64,000 nucleotides of DNA, taken from positions 5,942-69,941 of the forward strand of contig JACPKP010000004.1 of NCBI GenBank assembly GCA_016186955.1, read 5' to 3'. Within the stretch, counting starts at the first letter, position 1; the number at the start of each line of letters is the position of its first letter. Below, piece by piece: positions 39,001-48,744 of this stretch. The position numbers and the translations under genes are program-made. The DNA comes from Candidatus Daviesbacteria bacterium (GTDB taxonomy: Bacteria > Patescibacteriota > Microgenomatia > Daviesbacterales > UBA10151). The notes below the pieces were generated by a model. It did no database searches. It saw nothing but the letters and a program-made list of their open reading frames with translations, and was not told the origin of the DNA.

Positions 39001-39684
39001 AAAATAACGCTTCCTGTAATTGAAGAGATGTCTGTTGATAAGCTTCTGGTGTTTGAAAAGGAGCTGTTAGGTTTTTATCTGCATGAACCTCCTTATCTGG
39101 AGAATCTGCGCAAAGTTACTATCTTGACAGGTATAAAATTTTTAGACATTTCAGATGATGACATCAATAAAAAATTGACTTTGGGCGGAGTTGTTGCAGA
39201 GGTGAAAAAAGTCATGACCAAAAAATCAGCCCAGGAGATGGCTTTTGTAAAGTTGTCTGATGGGACAGGGGAGATTGAATGTGTTATTTTCCCCACTATT
39301 TATGCCCAAAATAAACAGATACTCGAAAAAGAGGAGGTGCTTTTGATAAGCGGCCGTATTGACAAAAGGGAAGATGATTACTCGTTGATAGTTGAATCGC
39401 TGCAAAAATTTGATCCGGATAGTCATGAAAACAAATTGGGTTGGGTTGAAACAGATTTTGTTTCCAAAGTAGAGATAGATATTCCCCAAAAAGCCAATGG
39501 AGATTTACTAAAAAAGATTAATTCCCTGCTTAGGCAGTCTCCGGGTAATTCTCCAGTCTCAATTTTGATACCGATTGGGAACTCTGTTAAAAAAATTAGC
39601 CTTTCTTTTGCTATTAATCCAAGCCAGGAACTTATTAAAAATATTGAAACAATTCTGGGTCCGAACTCAGTCCGCTTGATTTGA
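36067..39684 (+). CDS. dnaE: DNA polymerase III alpha subunit
   Basis: FVHLHTHTEYSLLDG, RGSAA, PDIDAD, KMDFLG, YGFNKAH. Confidence 0.97.
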   Translation: MSKFVHLHTHTEYSLLDGLSKIPQLVKSAKDLGMEALAITDHGVLYGAIEFYKTCQSAGLKPIIGCELYVAKRSYKDKEGRLDSEPYHLTVLAKNLQGYKNLMKLVSISHLEGFYYRPRVDKKLLEEFGEGLIGLSGCPAGEFVRSLPAGQAGLDDQKLEKAREVAQLYLSIFGEGNFYFELQNHFYSELLKNPDLLDIDKRDLENMGKLQEMTWKAVRELSKKLSIPMVATNDLHYIKKEDAEAQDCLVCIQTGKFLTDTNRLRMFNTPNLYLKSADEMAEAFGDIPEALESTVKIANSCNLEISLGKARFPIFQAPDQKSSADYLKELTYQKAKEKLELTDEIKERLDYELGLIELKNYADYFLVVSDFINWAHERGIITNTRGSAAASLVLYSLGVTNFNPLEYFLPFDRFLNKDRPTLPDIDADLADDRRDEIIQYVSDKYGEDKVAHIVTFGTMMGRAAIRDIGRVMGVAYGEVDRIAKLVPPPHQGFHKPLKDAVREVPELADLYKNDPKYKKLLDLAIKVEGTVRHASVHAAGIVISPEPLTDFTPLQRESNGDKVVTQYDMFAVEDAGLVKMDFLGIRNLSILGRAVEFVEANGVKIDLDNIPLDNERSSIHPYLPPDGCKKAYELLKRGETMGIFQLSSAGMTKYLIDLQPNSIRDLSAMVALYRPGPLSAIPDYIARKRNPKLIKYFDPRMEEYMKESLGLLVYQDDVLNTAVRLAGYSWQDADKFRKAMGKKIPSEMAKQKDKFVEGCVKNGMIQSKAEDLFELIAPFSAYGFNKAHAASYAMIAYQTAYMKANYPVEFMAAVMTAEYGDSDKIAEAIEECKRMGIVVLPPDINFSKVGFTLEKLRGLKEQDLERQLTEGGKEKEGIRFGLSAIKNVGLLAIESILKTRDEKPFESLFDLCLRVDTRLVNRKTLESVIKAGALDSFGSRAAQLLALDQCLEEAHKSSKAKISGQTSLFDSEELGAGSKITLPVIEEMSVDKLLVFEKELLGFYLHEPPYLENLRKVTILTGIKFLDISDDDINKKLTLGGVVAEVKKVMTKKSAQEMAFVKLSDGTGEIECVIFPTIYAQNKQILEKEEVLLISGRIDKREDDYSLIVESLQKFDPDSHENKLGWVETDFVSKVEIDIPQKANGDLLKKINSLLRQSPGNSPVSILIPIGNSVKKISLSFAINPSQELIKNIETILGPNSVRLI

Positions 39685-39713
39685 GGGCTTATTTAAGATA
39701 AAATTGCAAGATC

Positions 39714-40028
39714 ATGCTTTCATTACAGTTTAAAGACAACAGTGTAGATATTGGCGATACTGTCCGGATAAAAAGCACTATTGTTGAAGGAGGAAAAACA
39801 AGGGCGCAGACTTTTAAGGGATTGCTGATTGCAATATCAGGCAGAGGCGAAAACAGAACTTTTAAGGTACGCCATATCGGACCTCAGGGTATAGGTGTGG
39901 AAAGAACCTGGCCCTTAAATGCCAAGTCGCTGGTGGATGTGGAGAGAGTCAAACCTGCTAAAAAAGTGAGGAGGGCAAAGCTTTATTATTTGAGGGACTT
40001 GACAGGCAAAATGGCAACCAGGGTATAA
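39714..40028 (+). CDS. rplS: 50S ribosomal protein L19
   Basis: GDTVRI..GVERTWP..VRRAKLYYLR. Confidence 0.95.
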   Translation: MLSLQFKDNSVDIGDTVRIKSTIVEGGKTRAQTFKGLLIAISGRGENRTFKVRHIGPQGIGVERTWPLNAKSLVDVERVKPAKKVRRAKLYYLRDLTGKMATRV

Positions 40029-40035
40029 TAACTTT

Positions 40036-40290
40036 ATGACAACTCCCGAAGGAGACTGTTTTCATTACCAGGATCTGGAAAAATTAGAAGAAAAGGGTGC
40101 AACGGTTGAGCAAGATGGTGATTTAACAATTATTAATTCAACAAAAGAATCTTTGGAGGAAGAGTTAAGGCAATTAGAAGAACACCTCAAATCCCACACT
40201 GATCCGATGGATCCAGACTATGAAGCAGATTTACTCCGTAGAGCCGGTATTGAGTATATCCTCACTAGGTTTTATACCCCAGTAGTATAA
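40036..40290 (+). CDS. Hypothetical acidic protein
   Basis: 84-aa ORF between rplS and rnhB. Confidence 0.55.
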   Translation: MTTPEGDCFHYQDLEKLEEKGATVEQDGDLTIINSTKESLEEELRQLEEHLKSHTDPMDPDYEADLLRRAGIEYILTRFYTPVV

Positions 40291-40299
40291 TTACCGAAT

Positions 40300-40917
40300 A
40301 TGGTTTATGCAAACTGTAGATTGGAAGAGAGACTTTGGCAAAAGGGATTTCAATATGTTTGCGGGATGGATGAGGTGGGCAGGGGATGTTTTGCTGGGCC
40401 GGTGGTTGTTGGAGCTGTAGTTTTTTCCCCTGATTCAAAAATACCGGTTGGAATAGCTGATTCAAAACTTCTCAAACCGCAGGTGCGGGAAAAACTTGCT
40501 GAGGAGATTAAACAGGTCATACCTTACTGTTCTACCGCTGTAATCGGTGTGGATTTCATAAATAAATTTGGCATCGGTAAGGCGACAATGATGGCTTTTA
40601 GGAAAGCAGTGAAACTTCTGGCAGTAAACCCTGACCATATTTTGGTAGACGCTTTTTATATTGACCACCTGGACCGTATAAAACAAACTGCTGTCAAGGA
40701 CGGGGATACAATTTGCTCATCAATTGCAGCAGCATCAATCATTGCCAAAGTATATCGGGATAAGCTAATGGAAGGTTTGCATGAAAAATATCCCCAATAT
40801 GGTTTTGCAATTCATAAAGGATATGGGACTAAAAAACACCAGGAGGCGATTAAAATCCATGGACTCAGTAAAATCCACAGAACCTCATTTAATCTAACAA
40901 AGTTTTTGGCAGTTTAA
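40300..40917 (+). CDS. rnhB: Ribonuclease HII
   Basis: GMDEVGRG, DSK, SIAAASIIAKV, HKGYGT. Confidence 0.96.
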   Translation: MVYANCRLEERLWQKGFQYVCGMDEVGRGCFAGPVVVGAVVFSPDSKIPVGIADSKLLKPQVREKLAEEIKQVIPYCSTAVIGVDFINKFGIGKATMMAFRKAVKLLAVNPDHILVDAFYIDHLDRIKQTAVKDGDTICSSIAAASIIAKVYRDKLMEGLHEKYPQYGFAIHKGYGTKKHQEAIKIHGLSKIHRTSFNLTKFLAV

Positions 40918-40943
40918 TTATTGTTCGAAGAATAATTCTTAAC

Positions 40944-41315
40944 ATGGTTTTTAAATATGCTAACAAGCGAACCGGAAAAAAAGGCGAGGAGTTGGCATGC
41001 AATTACCTCAAAAAATCAGGTTATAAAATCCTGTCCAGAAATTTTTTAATCAGGGGTGGAGAGATTGATATTATAGCCAGGGATGGGGACATACTGGTTT
41101 TTGTTGAAGTTAAAGCAAGGTATTCCCATGAATATGGCTTGCCTAAAGAATCAATCACGCCCTGGAAAATTAAGGCTTTGAAAAAAAGCGCCCTTTTTTA
41201 TATCCAAAAAATAAACTGGGGGAATAATCCTTACAGGTTTGACCTGGTTGGTATTGATTACGCTTTTTCTAAAGACAGTCCAGATATAGAACTTATCAAA
41301 AATATAACCTTTTAG
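40944..41315 (+). CDS. yraN: YraN family endonuclease
   Basis: GEELA..GEIDIIA..FVEVKAR..RFD. Confidence 0.93.
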   Translation: MVFKYANKRTGKKGEELACNYLKKSGYKILSRNFLIRGGEIDIIARDGDILVFVEVKARYSHEYGLPKESITPWKIKALKKSALFYIQKINWGNNPYRFDLVGIDYAFSKDSPDIELIKNITF

Positions 41316-41368
41316 TTGACAAGTAAAACCTATCTGATATAGTAATCTTAAAGCAATAGCTTTAAAAA

Positions 41369-42442
41369 ATGGAACCCAAAGCAGAGGTTCTAAAACATTC
41401 TTTAAAAAGATTTTCCAGGCGTAGTTTTTTAAAATATCCGGTTATCTTTGGGGCGGGACTTCTGGTTGGTAAACTGACTGCCCCTTGCCCCCTGATTGCT
41501 GAGGTGACAGATTGTCCGGATAACCCTGTTATTCCCCCGCCTCCGGCAAGAGAAGACCTATCTTCAAGATTTGGGCTGCATATCCCCAACGATGGCAGTT
41601 TTGATCCGGTGCAAATCATGGAAACAGGTGCAGGTTGGATTAGGTTTGTAGCTATGCAAGAAGATAAAGTTGACCCCACCAAAATACTAGAATATCTGGC
41701 CCGGTGCCGTCAGATTGGTATTAAATCCCTTGCTGTTGTTGCCAAAGAAAGCATTGGGGACCGTGATTTAAAAGATGCAGCCAGGTTTTTTGCCCAAGTT
41801 TATGATGGCGCTGTGGATGCATGGCAGATAGGTAATGAACCTGATGATACCAACCCCGATGGAAAATGGAGCTGGAAAATGGATGGGGTTTCTTTCACAA
41901 GCCTGCTCTGGATATTCAGGAACGCAATGGGTCAGAAAGCTTATCTTGTAGCAGGAGGTTTGGATACCAATAGGTTGGAATATTTACAGGATGTTGATTT
42001 AAGTTGGGTTAATGCGTTAGCGATACACCCCTATGGTCAGGGATTGCCTGACTGGCCCTCCCCTTATGGGTTTCCCGGACACATAGGACTTATGGTAGAT
42101 AAATATTTCAAGTATGCAAACATTTTCGGGAAAAAACTCTGGATTACTGAATGGGGGATCAACCATGACCATTTTGGGGAGAATTATGCAGCCGATTATA
42201 TAAGAAAAATGCTGACTTATTTAAGGGATTCTGTAGAGGTTAATACTAAAGTGGATAAAATATTTTATTACAATTTGTTTGATCAGGCCAACCAGGAATT
42301 TTCCCTTGTGCACACGGATTACACCAAAAAGCCTTCATATTATGCATTTAAGGATGTAGCTTTAGGTAAAACAACCGCAGTTGACCCAAAAAGATTGGAC
42401 AGTTTTTCCGATCTTTCCCACATAAGCCCCTTTCCGGGTTGA
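41369..42442 (+). CDS. Secreted clan GH-A glycoside hydrolase
   Basis: SRRSFLK twin-Arg-like signal, WQIGNEPD, IHPY, LWITEWG. Confidence 0.78.
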   Translation: MEPKAEVLKHSLKRFSRRSFLKYPVIFGAGLLVGKLTAPCPLIAEVTDCPDNPVIPPPPAREDLSSRFGLHIPNDGSFDPVQIMETGAGWIRFVAMQEDKVDPTKILEYLARCRQIGIKSLAVVAKESIGDRDLKDAARFFAQVYDGAVDAWQIGNEPDDTNPDGKWSWKMDGVSFTSLLWIFRNAMGQKAYLVAGGLDTNRLEYLQDVDLSWVNALAIHPYGQGLPDWPSPYGFPGHIGLMVDKYFKYANIFGKKLWITEWGINHDHFGENYAADYIRKMLTYLRDSVEVNTKVDKIFYYNLFDQANQEFSLVHTDYTKKPSYYAFKDVALGKTTAVDPKRLDSFSDLSHISPFPG

Positions 42443-42533
42443 CACCTGCGGATTTTTAATGTTTTTAGGCTCAAGATTTGGTGCAAATTTTAGGACTTTT
42501 TATTAATAATTACTAGATGTTATACTAAAATTA

Positions 42534-43277
42534 ATGCTGCCTAAGATTTTAATTGGTATTGTGCTTTTAATAATTGGGGTAATATCCTTTGGTTTTTTAA
42601 CTAAAGATAATAATTCCTCTCCGCCTCCTTTTACTAACAACTTTACTCAAAACCCAAGAGAATCTGGTGATGAACCACCATTAAAGATAAAACACATAGG
42701 GGTTAACTTCGAGGATTTTGTTTTTTCCAAGGATTATTTGGAAGCTTTTGAAACACCATTTATGGGTTTTGGATATGTTATCCCAGCAGAAAAAAGTAGC
42801 ACTGGACAAAATAAGGCTAATCCTCAACCCACCTTTATCTTACCTTTGGGCACTAAGGTTTATGCAATAGTTGATGGGACTGTTGCAAATATCCCAACAC
42901 TTTGGAGTAATGATTTATCCATTCAGATTACTGAAAGTGGCAAGATGGAAAAATGGGTCTATGAGGTAGAACATGTAATAAATCCCAAGGTTACAGTGGG
43001 AGATAAAGTTAGGGCCGGTCAAGAGATTGCTGAGGTAAGTAACTATGATAAAAACTTAAAAGGTTTTGGGATTGTGGAAATAGGGATTTTAAAGGGTGGT
43101 AATCTACCTTCCCATGTCTGCCCGTTTGCCTATTTAGACCCCCAAGTTAAAGAAGAGACTGTTGCCAAGATTAAATCACTCTATAAAGGTTGGGAGGAAT
43201 ATATTAAAAGTACCTCTTTTTATAATGAAGCTGAAGAAGTCACAGGTTGTGTTAGCCTAAACCCCATTGATGGTTAA
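42534..43277 (+). CDS. M23 peptidase-like (hybrid motif) membrane-anchored protein
   Basis: GTKVYAIVDGTV, VTVGDKVRAGQEIA; Zn ligands not obvious. Confidence 0.6.
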   Translation: MLPKILIGIVLLIIGVISFGFLTKDNNSSPPPFTNNFTQNPRESGDEPPLKIKHIGVNFEDFVFSKDYLEAFETPFMGFGYVIPAEKSSTGQNKANPQPTFILPLGTKVYAIVDGTVANIPTLWSNDLSIQITESGKMEKWVYEVEHVINPKVTVGDKVRAGQEIAEVSNYDKNLKGFGIVEIGILKGGNLPSHVCPFAYLDPQVKEETVAKIKSLYKGWEEYIKSTSFYNEAEEVTGCVSLNPIDG

Positions 43278-43383
43278 AAGGTTTTCAAAAGAAGCAAATT
43301 TTACTCTTGAGATCTTCATTATATTCTCGGTTGAGAAGTTATTGAAGTAAACTTCCACCCCCGGAGTGGAATTGTAGCTACAC

Positions 43384-44136
43384 CTAGGGATTTTGTAGCG
43401 CTTCTTTGCAGTTTTGCTCTATCCATTTCTGTTCGTCTGCACTTACAGGGATTGTCTTTCCATTAAAAATGATAGTTGTTTGTTTATCTTTTTCTGTAAT
43501 TAGCCTTTCAGGGCAGGTGTTTGGTGGAAGCACTTTTGATGAAACTACCTGCTGTCCAGTATTTTTGTGCAGACCGCGGTAAGAGTTTTTCAAAACATAA
43601 ATTTGAAAAGCAAAAAATCCAAAAATGAAAATGTTTATTAAAAGTACAATCAGGATGGCATTTCTCCTGCCCGCCCATCCCCATTTTTGATCCACCCATC
43701 TATAAATAAAATATGGTACCAAGGTAAGAAGAATCCAGAAAGTAAAGGTAAAAACTATTGTGTTAATAAGTGTCGGGCGCTGATCCAGTGGGGTTAATGT
43801 CCGTTGCTCCAATATCCAAAGGGTTGCTCCGATAATCCAAGCCAGTGGCCAGGTAAATATCCTGTATAGAATCCAGATTATTGTGCCGATTATAAGATAG
43901 GCAAAAGGACGATGCAGTAAACCATCTCCTAAAGCCAAATCCAGTATATGAAGTTTATAAGGACCTTCCCCACCTAATCCAGGTCCATATAAATAAGTTG
44001 GCAAGGCCGGTAGCTGTTCACCCAACAGAAAGAACATCAGCACAAAGAAGACAATAAAACTCCAAGGTAGTTTATAGTTTGAACGAAGCGAAAATTTTAA
44101 GCTTTGTTCATAACCACTTTTCCAATTAAAAAACAT
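43384..44136 (-). CDS. Hypothetical membrane protein
   Basis: Several TM segments. Confidence 0.6.
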   Translation of the reverse strand: MFFNWKSGYEQSLKFSLRSNYKLPWSFIVFFVLMFFLLGEQLPALPTYLYGPGLGGEGPYKLHILDLALGDGLLHRPFAYLIIGTIIWILYRIFTWPLAWIIGATLWILEQRTLTPLDQRPTLINTIVFTFTFWILLTLVPYFIYRWVDQKWGWAGRRNAILIVLLINIFIFGFFAFQIYVLKNSYRGLHKNTGQQVVSSKVLPPNTCPERLITEKDKQTTIIFNGKTIPVSADEQKWIEQNCKEALQNP

Positions 44137-44444
44137 TATTTAAGTGTACACTATTTTTAGTGAAATCTGGTGAGTTCAAAAAACTATAAAATACATAGTA
44201 TTGATGCAATAATTTAATCATGAGTTAGAATCCTAAACAGTCTCTTGGCTATAGGATTGATTTTGAGGAGTTATCCACAATTTTTTCCTTTATCAAAATC
44301 AAACAGATGCGATTTTCTCTTAGACTGCTCCCTTTTGCCCATTTTTCGAATTATCCTTACTCTCTCAATATGCTAGAAAAAGCGACGGTAAGAAGCTAAG
44401 GAGTACAAGCGCTACGATTATAATGATCAGCCATTTTTTAAAAT

Positions 44445-47231
44445 TCATTGACGTAGCTTATTTAAGATTTCTCCCAACTTTTTTATTTCCTCTCCGTACC
44501 TGCCCCAATCTCCCTCCCTTTGTGCATTGATGGCAGATTGATACGCCTGACTAGCTTGTTGAAGAAGACCTTCTTTACTTTCATCGGCAGGTGCACTCAG
44601 GGCAGATTCTGCGGATGGTTTTGTTTGACCCTCGGTAGTGCCAAATATCTTAGCAAAGCCTGCTTCCAATGTCTCTTCCATGGCAATTTTATTTTCATAG
44701 GCAACAATAACCCGTTTGAGTTCCGGGATTTTTCCTGTTGCTGCCTTAAGATAAAGCGGCCGGACATAGACCAAGGATTCCTCAATTGGAATGACCAGAA
44801 GCGGGCCTTGAATTACCTCCGAACCGCCCTGATCCCAAAGGGAAATTTGCTGACTGATCTGTGCATCCTGACTTATCCGGCCGATAATCTGTTTGGGACC
44901 AAACACCAGTTTATCCTTGGGGAAACGGTAGACAACCAGCTTGCCATACTGCTCCCCGTCATTTCTGGCCACCATCCAGGCAGAAAGGTTATCTTTTGCT
45001 CTTGGGGTAAACGGCAGCATCAAAATATACTCCTCGGCTTTCTCACCAGGAAGCTTCATAATCATGTGCCGAGGATCCATTATCGGTACATTGTTGCCTG
45101 TTTGTGCCTCGCCCCCCTGGGCAATAGCAGGAATTTCCCACTGGTCCTCTTTATTGTAGAAAATCTGCGGGTTATCCATATGATAGGTTGTGTAGATTGC
45201 TGTTTGCAGAGTGAACAAATCTTGCGGATAGCGCAAATGAGCAGTTAAGCTTTTAGGCATTTCTGAAAGTGGAAGGAAAGTTTTGGGGAAAATTTTGGCG
45301 TAGGTTTTGATAATCGGATCATCCGGATCTGTTTGATAAAACTTAATCTCTCCTCCATAAGCATCTACCACTGCCTTGACTGAATTTCTAATATAGTTTA
45401 CGTTACCTCCATTTAACGGTAGTTTTTGGGAATATGGATAACGGTCGGTTGATGTATAGGCATCAAGTATCCAATACAACTTGCCCTCGGCAATCACCAA
45501 ATACGGGTCGCGGTCAAGGGTAAGAAATGGAGCAATTTTTGAAACCCTCTCTTTTATATTGCGGTAATAAATGATACGGCTCTCCTGGGTTACATCACTT
45601 GATAAAAATAATTTGAGGGAACCAAAGCGCAAAGCATACAGGAATCGGCGCAGGGGTGAGTTAATCTCAACGCCGCCTACTCCGCTATATGTGGTATAAA
45701 CATTTTCATCCCCTTTGGGGTAATCAAACTCTTTGGACTTAGTTCTGACTATCACATAATCATTGGGGATTTCGCCGTAATAGACTTCAGGCCTTGTGAC
45801 CTCAAGTTCTTTGACTTCGGATTTTGGAGGTAGGTCTTTAACAAATAACACCGGCAATCCTTCCGGAGTAACCTGGTTCACTGGTCCGGCAGCCACGCCG
45901 TAACCGTGAGTAAAGGTCAGCCGCTCATTAATCCAATTCTTGTTAGGTAGACTGTCGGAAGCCAATTCTCTGGGAGAAAGCATAATCTGGCGCACCTCAT
46001 TGTTGATTGTATAGCGATCGTTATCAACAGAGGTAAACTCGTAGTAAGTCCTAATCTCCTGGATTTGCGAAAAAGTGGACAGAAGCGGCGCTCTGTCCCA
46101 GAGTCTGACATTCTTGATGGTCAGATTGTTGGCCGCTATATCAGGAGCTGTAATCGGTTTATCCGCGGCTATTTCCCGCTCTTCCACCTTATCCAAACCA
46201 TAAGCCTTGCGACTCGCCTCAATGTTGTATTTGATAAAAGGCGTTTCTTTGGTAAGTTCATTGGGCGCAACTACCAGTTTTTGAAAAACACCAGGGATGA
46301 TTGAAGAAGCAAACCCGACTATGACAGTCAAAGAAATTGCTCCAAAAAGAGGCGCAATTTTTCCGCTCACACCATAAAATAAAGCCAGAATGGCAGCCGC
46401 CCCGTAAACAAATACAGATATGCGCAATATAGGTACCATAACATTGGCATCGGTGAAGGCCGCACCAAACACCGGGCCGCTCTGGCTGGTGAGTAAATTA
46501 TAAAGTGAAAAGTAGGTACCTGCGGCAATGGTTGAAAGAAAGAGAGATAATAGAATGCTGATATGCAGTCTGGCTTTTGGTTCGGTATGATCTCTCAAAG
46601 ATCTAATAATCAGACTTTCAGGCTTTACGGTTAATTTGGAGAGGTTAATTTTAGGGAAAAGGCTTGATAAATTGAGGCTACCCCGCAGAATGTAGATTGC
46701 ACCGCAACCGATAAGCGATATTAAAATAACGGTTTTTATAAGGCCAAGTCCAAAAGAGTATATAGGGAGGGAAAATACGTAAAAAGATACGTCAGCACCA
46801 AATAACGGGTCTTTTTGGCCAAACGGTACGGCTGAGAGGAATTTTAAAACGTCGTGCCAACTACTTGCGGCTAAAAAAGCGATAAAGATAGAAATAATAC
46901 AGCTTAAGATAATGCCAAGCTTTCCAAGCAAGCGATTACTGAGGTTTAAGGGTTGACCAAGACCAATCAGGGCTTCAGGGATACTTGCTATCCAGGGTAT
47001 TTTTGAACGGATGGCAATTAGTAGATTGGTAAGAAGAAATGCTGCTGCAAGAATTCCTGCTACAGTTCCCACAATGATTTTGGCAACGAGTGATTTGATA
47101 AAAATTTCGGTAAAACCAACCTCCTGGTACCACCACCAGTCGGTAATCAAAGAAACAATGCTTGAGAAGAAAATAAAAGTAACAAAGGCCAGACCTAAGA
47201 ATGTCAAGGAAAAAAATTTAGTGATGTTCAT
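44445..47231 (-). CDS. UPF0182 family membrane protein
   Basis: TDWWWY..VGF, DPLFGADVSFYVF, NVRLWD, THGYG, NYIRNSVKAVVDAY. Confidence 0.93.
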   Translation of the reverse strand: MNITKFFSLTFLGLAFVTFIFFSSIVSLITDWWWYQEVGFTEIFIKSLVAKIIVGTVAGILAAAFLLTNLLIAIRSKIPWIASIPEALIGLGQPLNLSNRLLGKLGIILSCIISIFIAFLAASSWHDVLKFLSAVPFGQKDPLFGADVSFYVFSLPIYSFGLGLIKTVILISLIGCGAIYILRGSLNLSSLFPKINLSKLTVKPESLIIRSLRDHTEPKARLHISILLSLFLSTIAAGTYFSLYNLLTSQSGPVFGAAFTDANVMVPILRISVFVYGAAAILALFYGVSGKIAPLFGAISLTVIVGFASSIIPGVFQKLVVAPNELTKETPFIKYNIEASRKAYGLDKVEEREIAADKPITAPDIAANNLTIKNVRLWDRAPLLSTFSQIQEIRTYYEFTSVDNDRYTINNEVRQIMLSPRELASDSLPNKNWINERLTFTHGYGVAAGPVNQVTPEGLPVLFVKDLPPKSEVKELEVTRPEVYYGEIPNDYVIVRTKSKEFDYPKGDENVYTTYSGVGGVEINSPLRRFLYALRFGSLKLFLSSDVTQESRIIYYRNIKERVSKIAPFLTLDRDPYLVIAEGKLYWILDAYTSTDRYPYSQKLPLNGGNVNYIRNSVKAVVDAYGGEIKFYQTDPDDPIIKTYAKIFPKTFLPLSEMPKSLTAHLRYPQDLFTLQTAIYTTYHMDNPQIFYNKEDQWEIPAIAQGGEAQTGNNVPIMDPRHMIMKLPGEKAEEYILMLPFTPRAKDNLSAWMVARNDGEQYGKLVVYRFPKDKLVFGPKQIIGRISQDAQISQQISLWDQGGSEVIQGPLLVIPIEESLVYVRPLYLKAATGKIPELKRVIVAYENKIAMEETLEAGFAKIFGTTEGQTKPSAESALSAPADESKEGLLQQASQAYQSAINAQREGDWGRYGEEIKKLGEILNKLRQ

Positions 47232-47233
47232 AC

Positions 47234-47340
47234 AAAAAAACCAGCCAAATCTAGTCTTGGCCGGTTATAATTGATGATGTTTCGCAGCTCTAAAACGCAT
47301 GCTATTGACCATCCGTCTTATTGCTCCGCATCACCCAAGG
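47234..47340 (-). promoter_or_regulatory. Candidate riboswitch leader with terminator upstream of the UPF0182 gene
   Basis: GGGTG-ATGC...TGGTC-AATA-GCAT element, then ACCGGCCAA..TTGGCTGGT hairpin and T run ending just before the ATG. Confidence 0.5.
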
Positions 47341-47557
47341 CGCTGTTAGACTAAATTCAGCATAACATAAGGTTCCTGTTCTTGCAACAAAAAAAGAAAA
47401 AGACCCCATTGCTGAGGTCTTAACCCGAAAGATTCTATTGCTAGAAACTTTCTAACTCTATAGCTTACGCCATAAAGCTAATTTTAATTTATACTAATTG
47501 TGCTTTTTTGTAAAGCACATGTACAATCGTTGTTATAAATCTATTGTCTTTTTAGGC

Positions 47558-47940
47558 TTAATTGCCCCCTTTGAGATACCTGTCAAAAAATTCAACCGAG
47601 TGTTCCATAGCGGTGTCGAAACTATTAGTTAAGTTATGGTCATCACCCTCATAAGGATAGAATTCAACAAGTTTGTTAACCTCTTGAAGTTGGCTATTCA
47701 ATTTCTCTGAGAAATTGAAAGGAACGTGAGAGTCGTCTTTTGCGTGGTGCAGCTGAATAGGCCCGGAAATGTCTGCTAAATAAGAGTTTGCCGAGATTGA
47801 GTTCCAAAAGGGGATTTTGTTCCGGAGTACCATACTGGTCGATAAGATTTTGCCTCCATGAGGTTGCCCAATGCGGTGTGCGTCTCCAATTATTGACTAA
47901 ATCAGAATAAGAACCAACCACCCCTATACTGGTTGTAACT
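47558..47940 (-). pseudogene. Alpha/beta hydrolase (S9-like) C-terminal fragment
   Basis: GVVGSYSDL...GTPEQNP then frame change to PIQLHHAKDDSHVP..GDDH. Confidence 0.7.
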
Positions 47941-48057
47941 GCTCCCCGAAGGAAGGGTTTGCTCAAGTGTAATCTCACTGCCCGGATAAGTCTGCTGTCG
48001 CATGTATTCAATTGACAACGGATGGAGCTTTTCTTCCAAACCGCCTTGATCCTCACT

Positions 48058-48681
48058 CTACTTTCTTTTTAACTTCCTGATGATACTTGCCCTGATTTCG
48101 CCGTCAACTAATATATGGTGTAGAGCCGGTAATACGGAGGCAATAACGATCAGTCCAACAATTGGCAGGAGATATTTATCAACATCCGGGATCAGGCTTC
48201 CTAAGTAATATCCTGCCAGAGTTACCCCAATTGCCCAAAGAACAGCTCCAAAAAAATTGAAGAAAACAAACCTTTTGTAATACATCTTACCGGCCCCTGC
48301 AACAACCGGGGCAAATGCGCGAATAACCGGAATAAACCTTGCCAAAATGATAGTTTTACCTCCGTGTTTATCATAAAATCTCTGAGCCCTTTCCAGGTGC
48401 TTTTTATGAAAGAAGATTGAATTATTTTTGCTAAAAATCTTAGGTCCTAAGTTTGCTCCGATTAGATAACCAATGCTGTCACCTGCAATCGCGGCCACAA
48501 AGCAACCTGCAATTAAAATTTTAATATCAAGGTATCCTTGAGATGCTAAAAATCCGGCTGTAAAGAGAAGACTATCTCCGGGAAAAAAGAAACCAATCAA
48601 GAGACCTGATTCTAAAAAAACTATGGTAAAAACTCCCAAATACCCAATTGCTTGAATCAGAGAAGCCAGATCAAAATACAT
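48058..48681 (-). CDS. dedA: DedA family membrane protein
   Basis: FLESGL..FFPGDSLLFTAG, ARFIPVIRAFAP. Confidence 0.92.
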   Translation of the reverse strand: MYFDLASLIQAIGYLGVFTIVFLESGLLIGFFFPGDSLLFTAGFLASQGYLDIKILIAGCFVAAIAGDSIGYLIGANLGPKIFSKNNSIFFHKKHLERAQRFYDKHGGKTIILARFIPVIRAFAPVVAGAGKMYYKRFVFFNFFGAVLWAIGVTLAGYYLGSLIPDVDKYLLPIVGLIVIASVLPALHHILVDGEIRASIIRKLKRK

Positions 48682-48744
48682 AAAAGTAAGTATAGCAGAA
48701 AAGGGACTTGGAGAATGTAATTGTGCCATAACAGGCGAACAACA

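Noticed and set aside
44520-45248. 242-aa antisense ORF and similar shadow ORFs inside polX, dnaE, typA and others
   Set aside because: They lie opposite well-supported genes and show no recognisable motifs.
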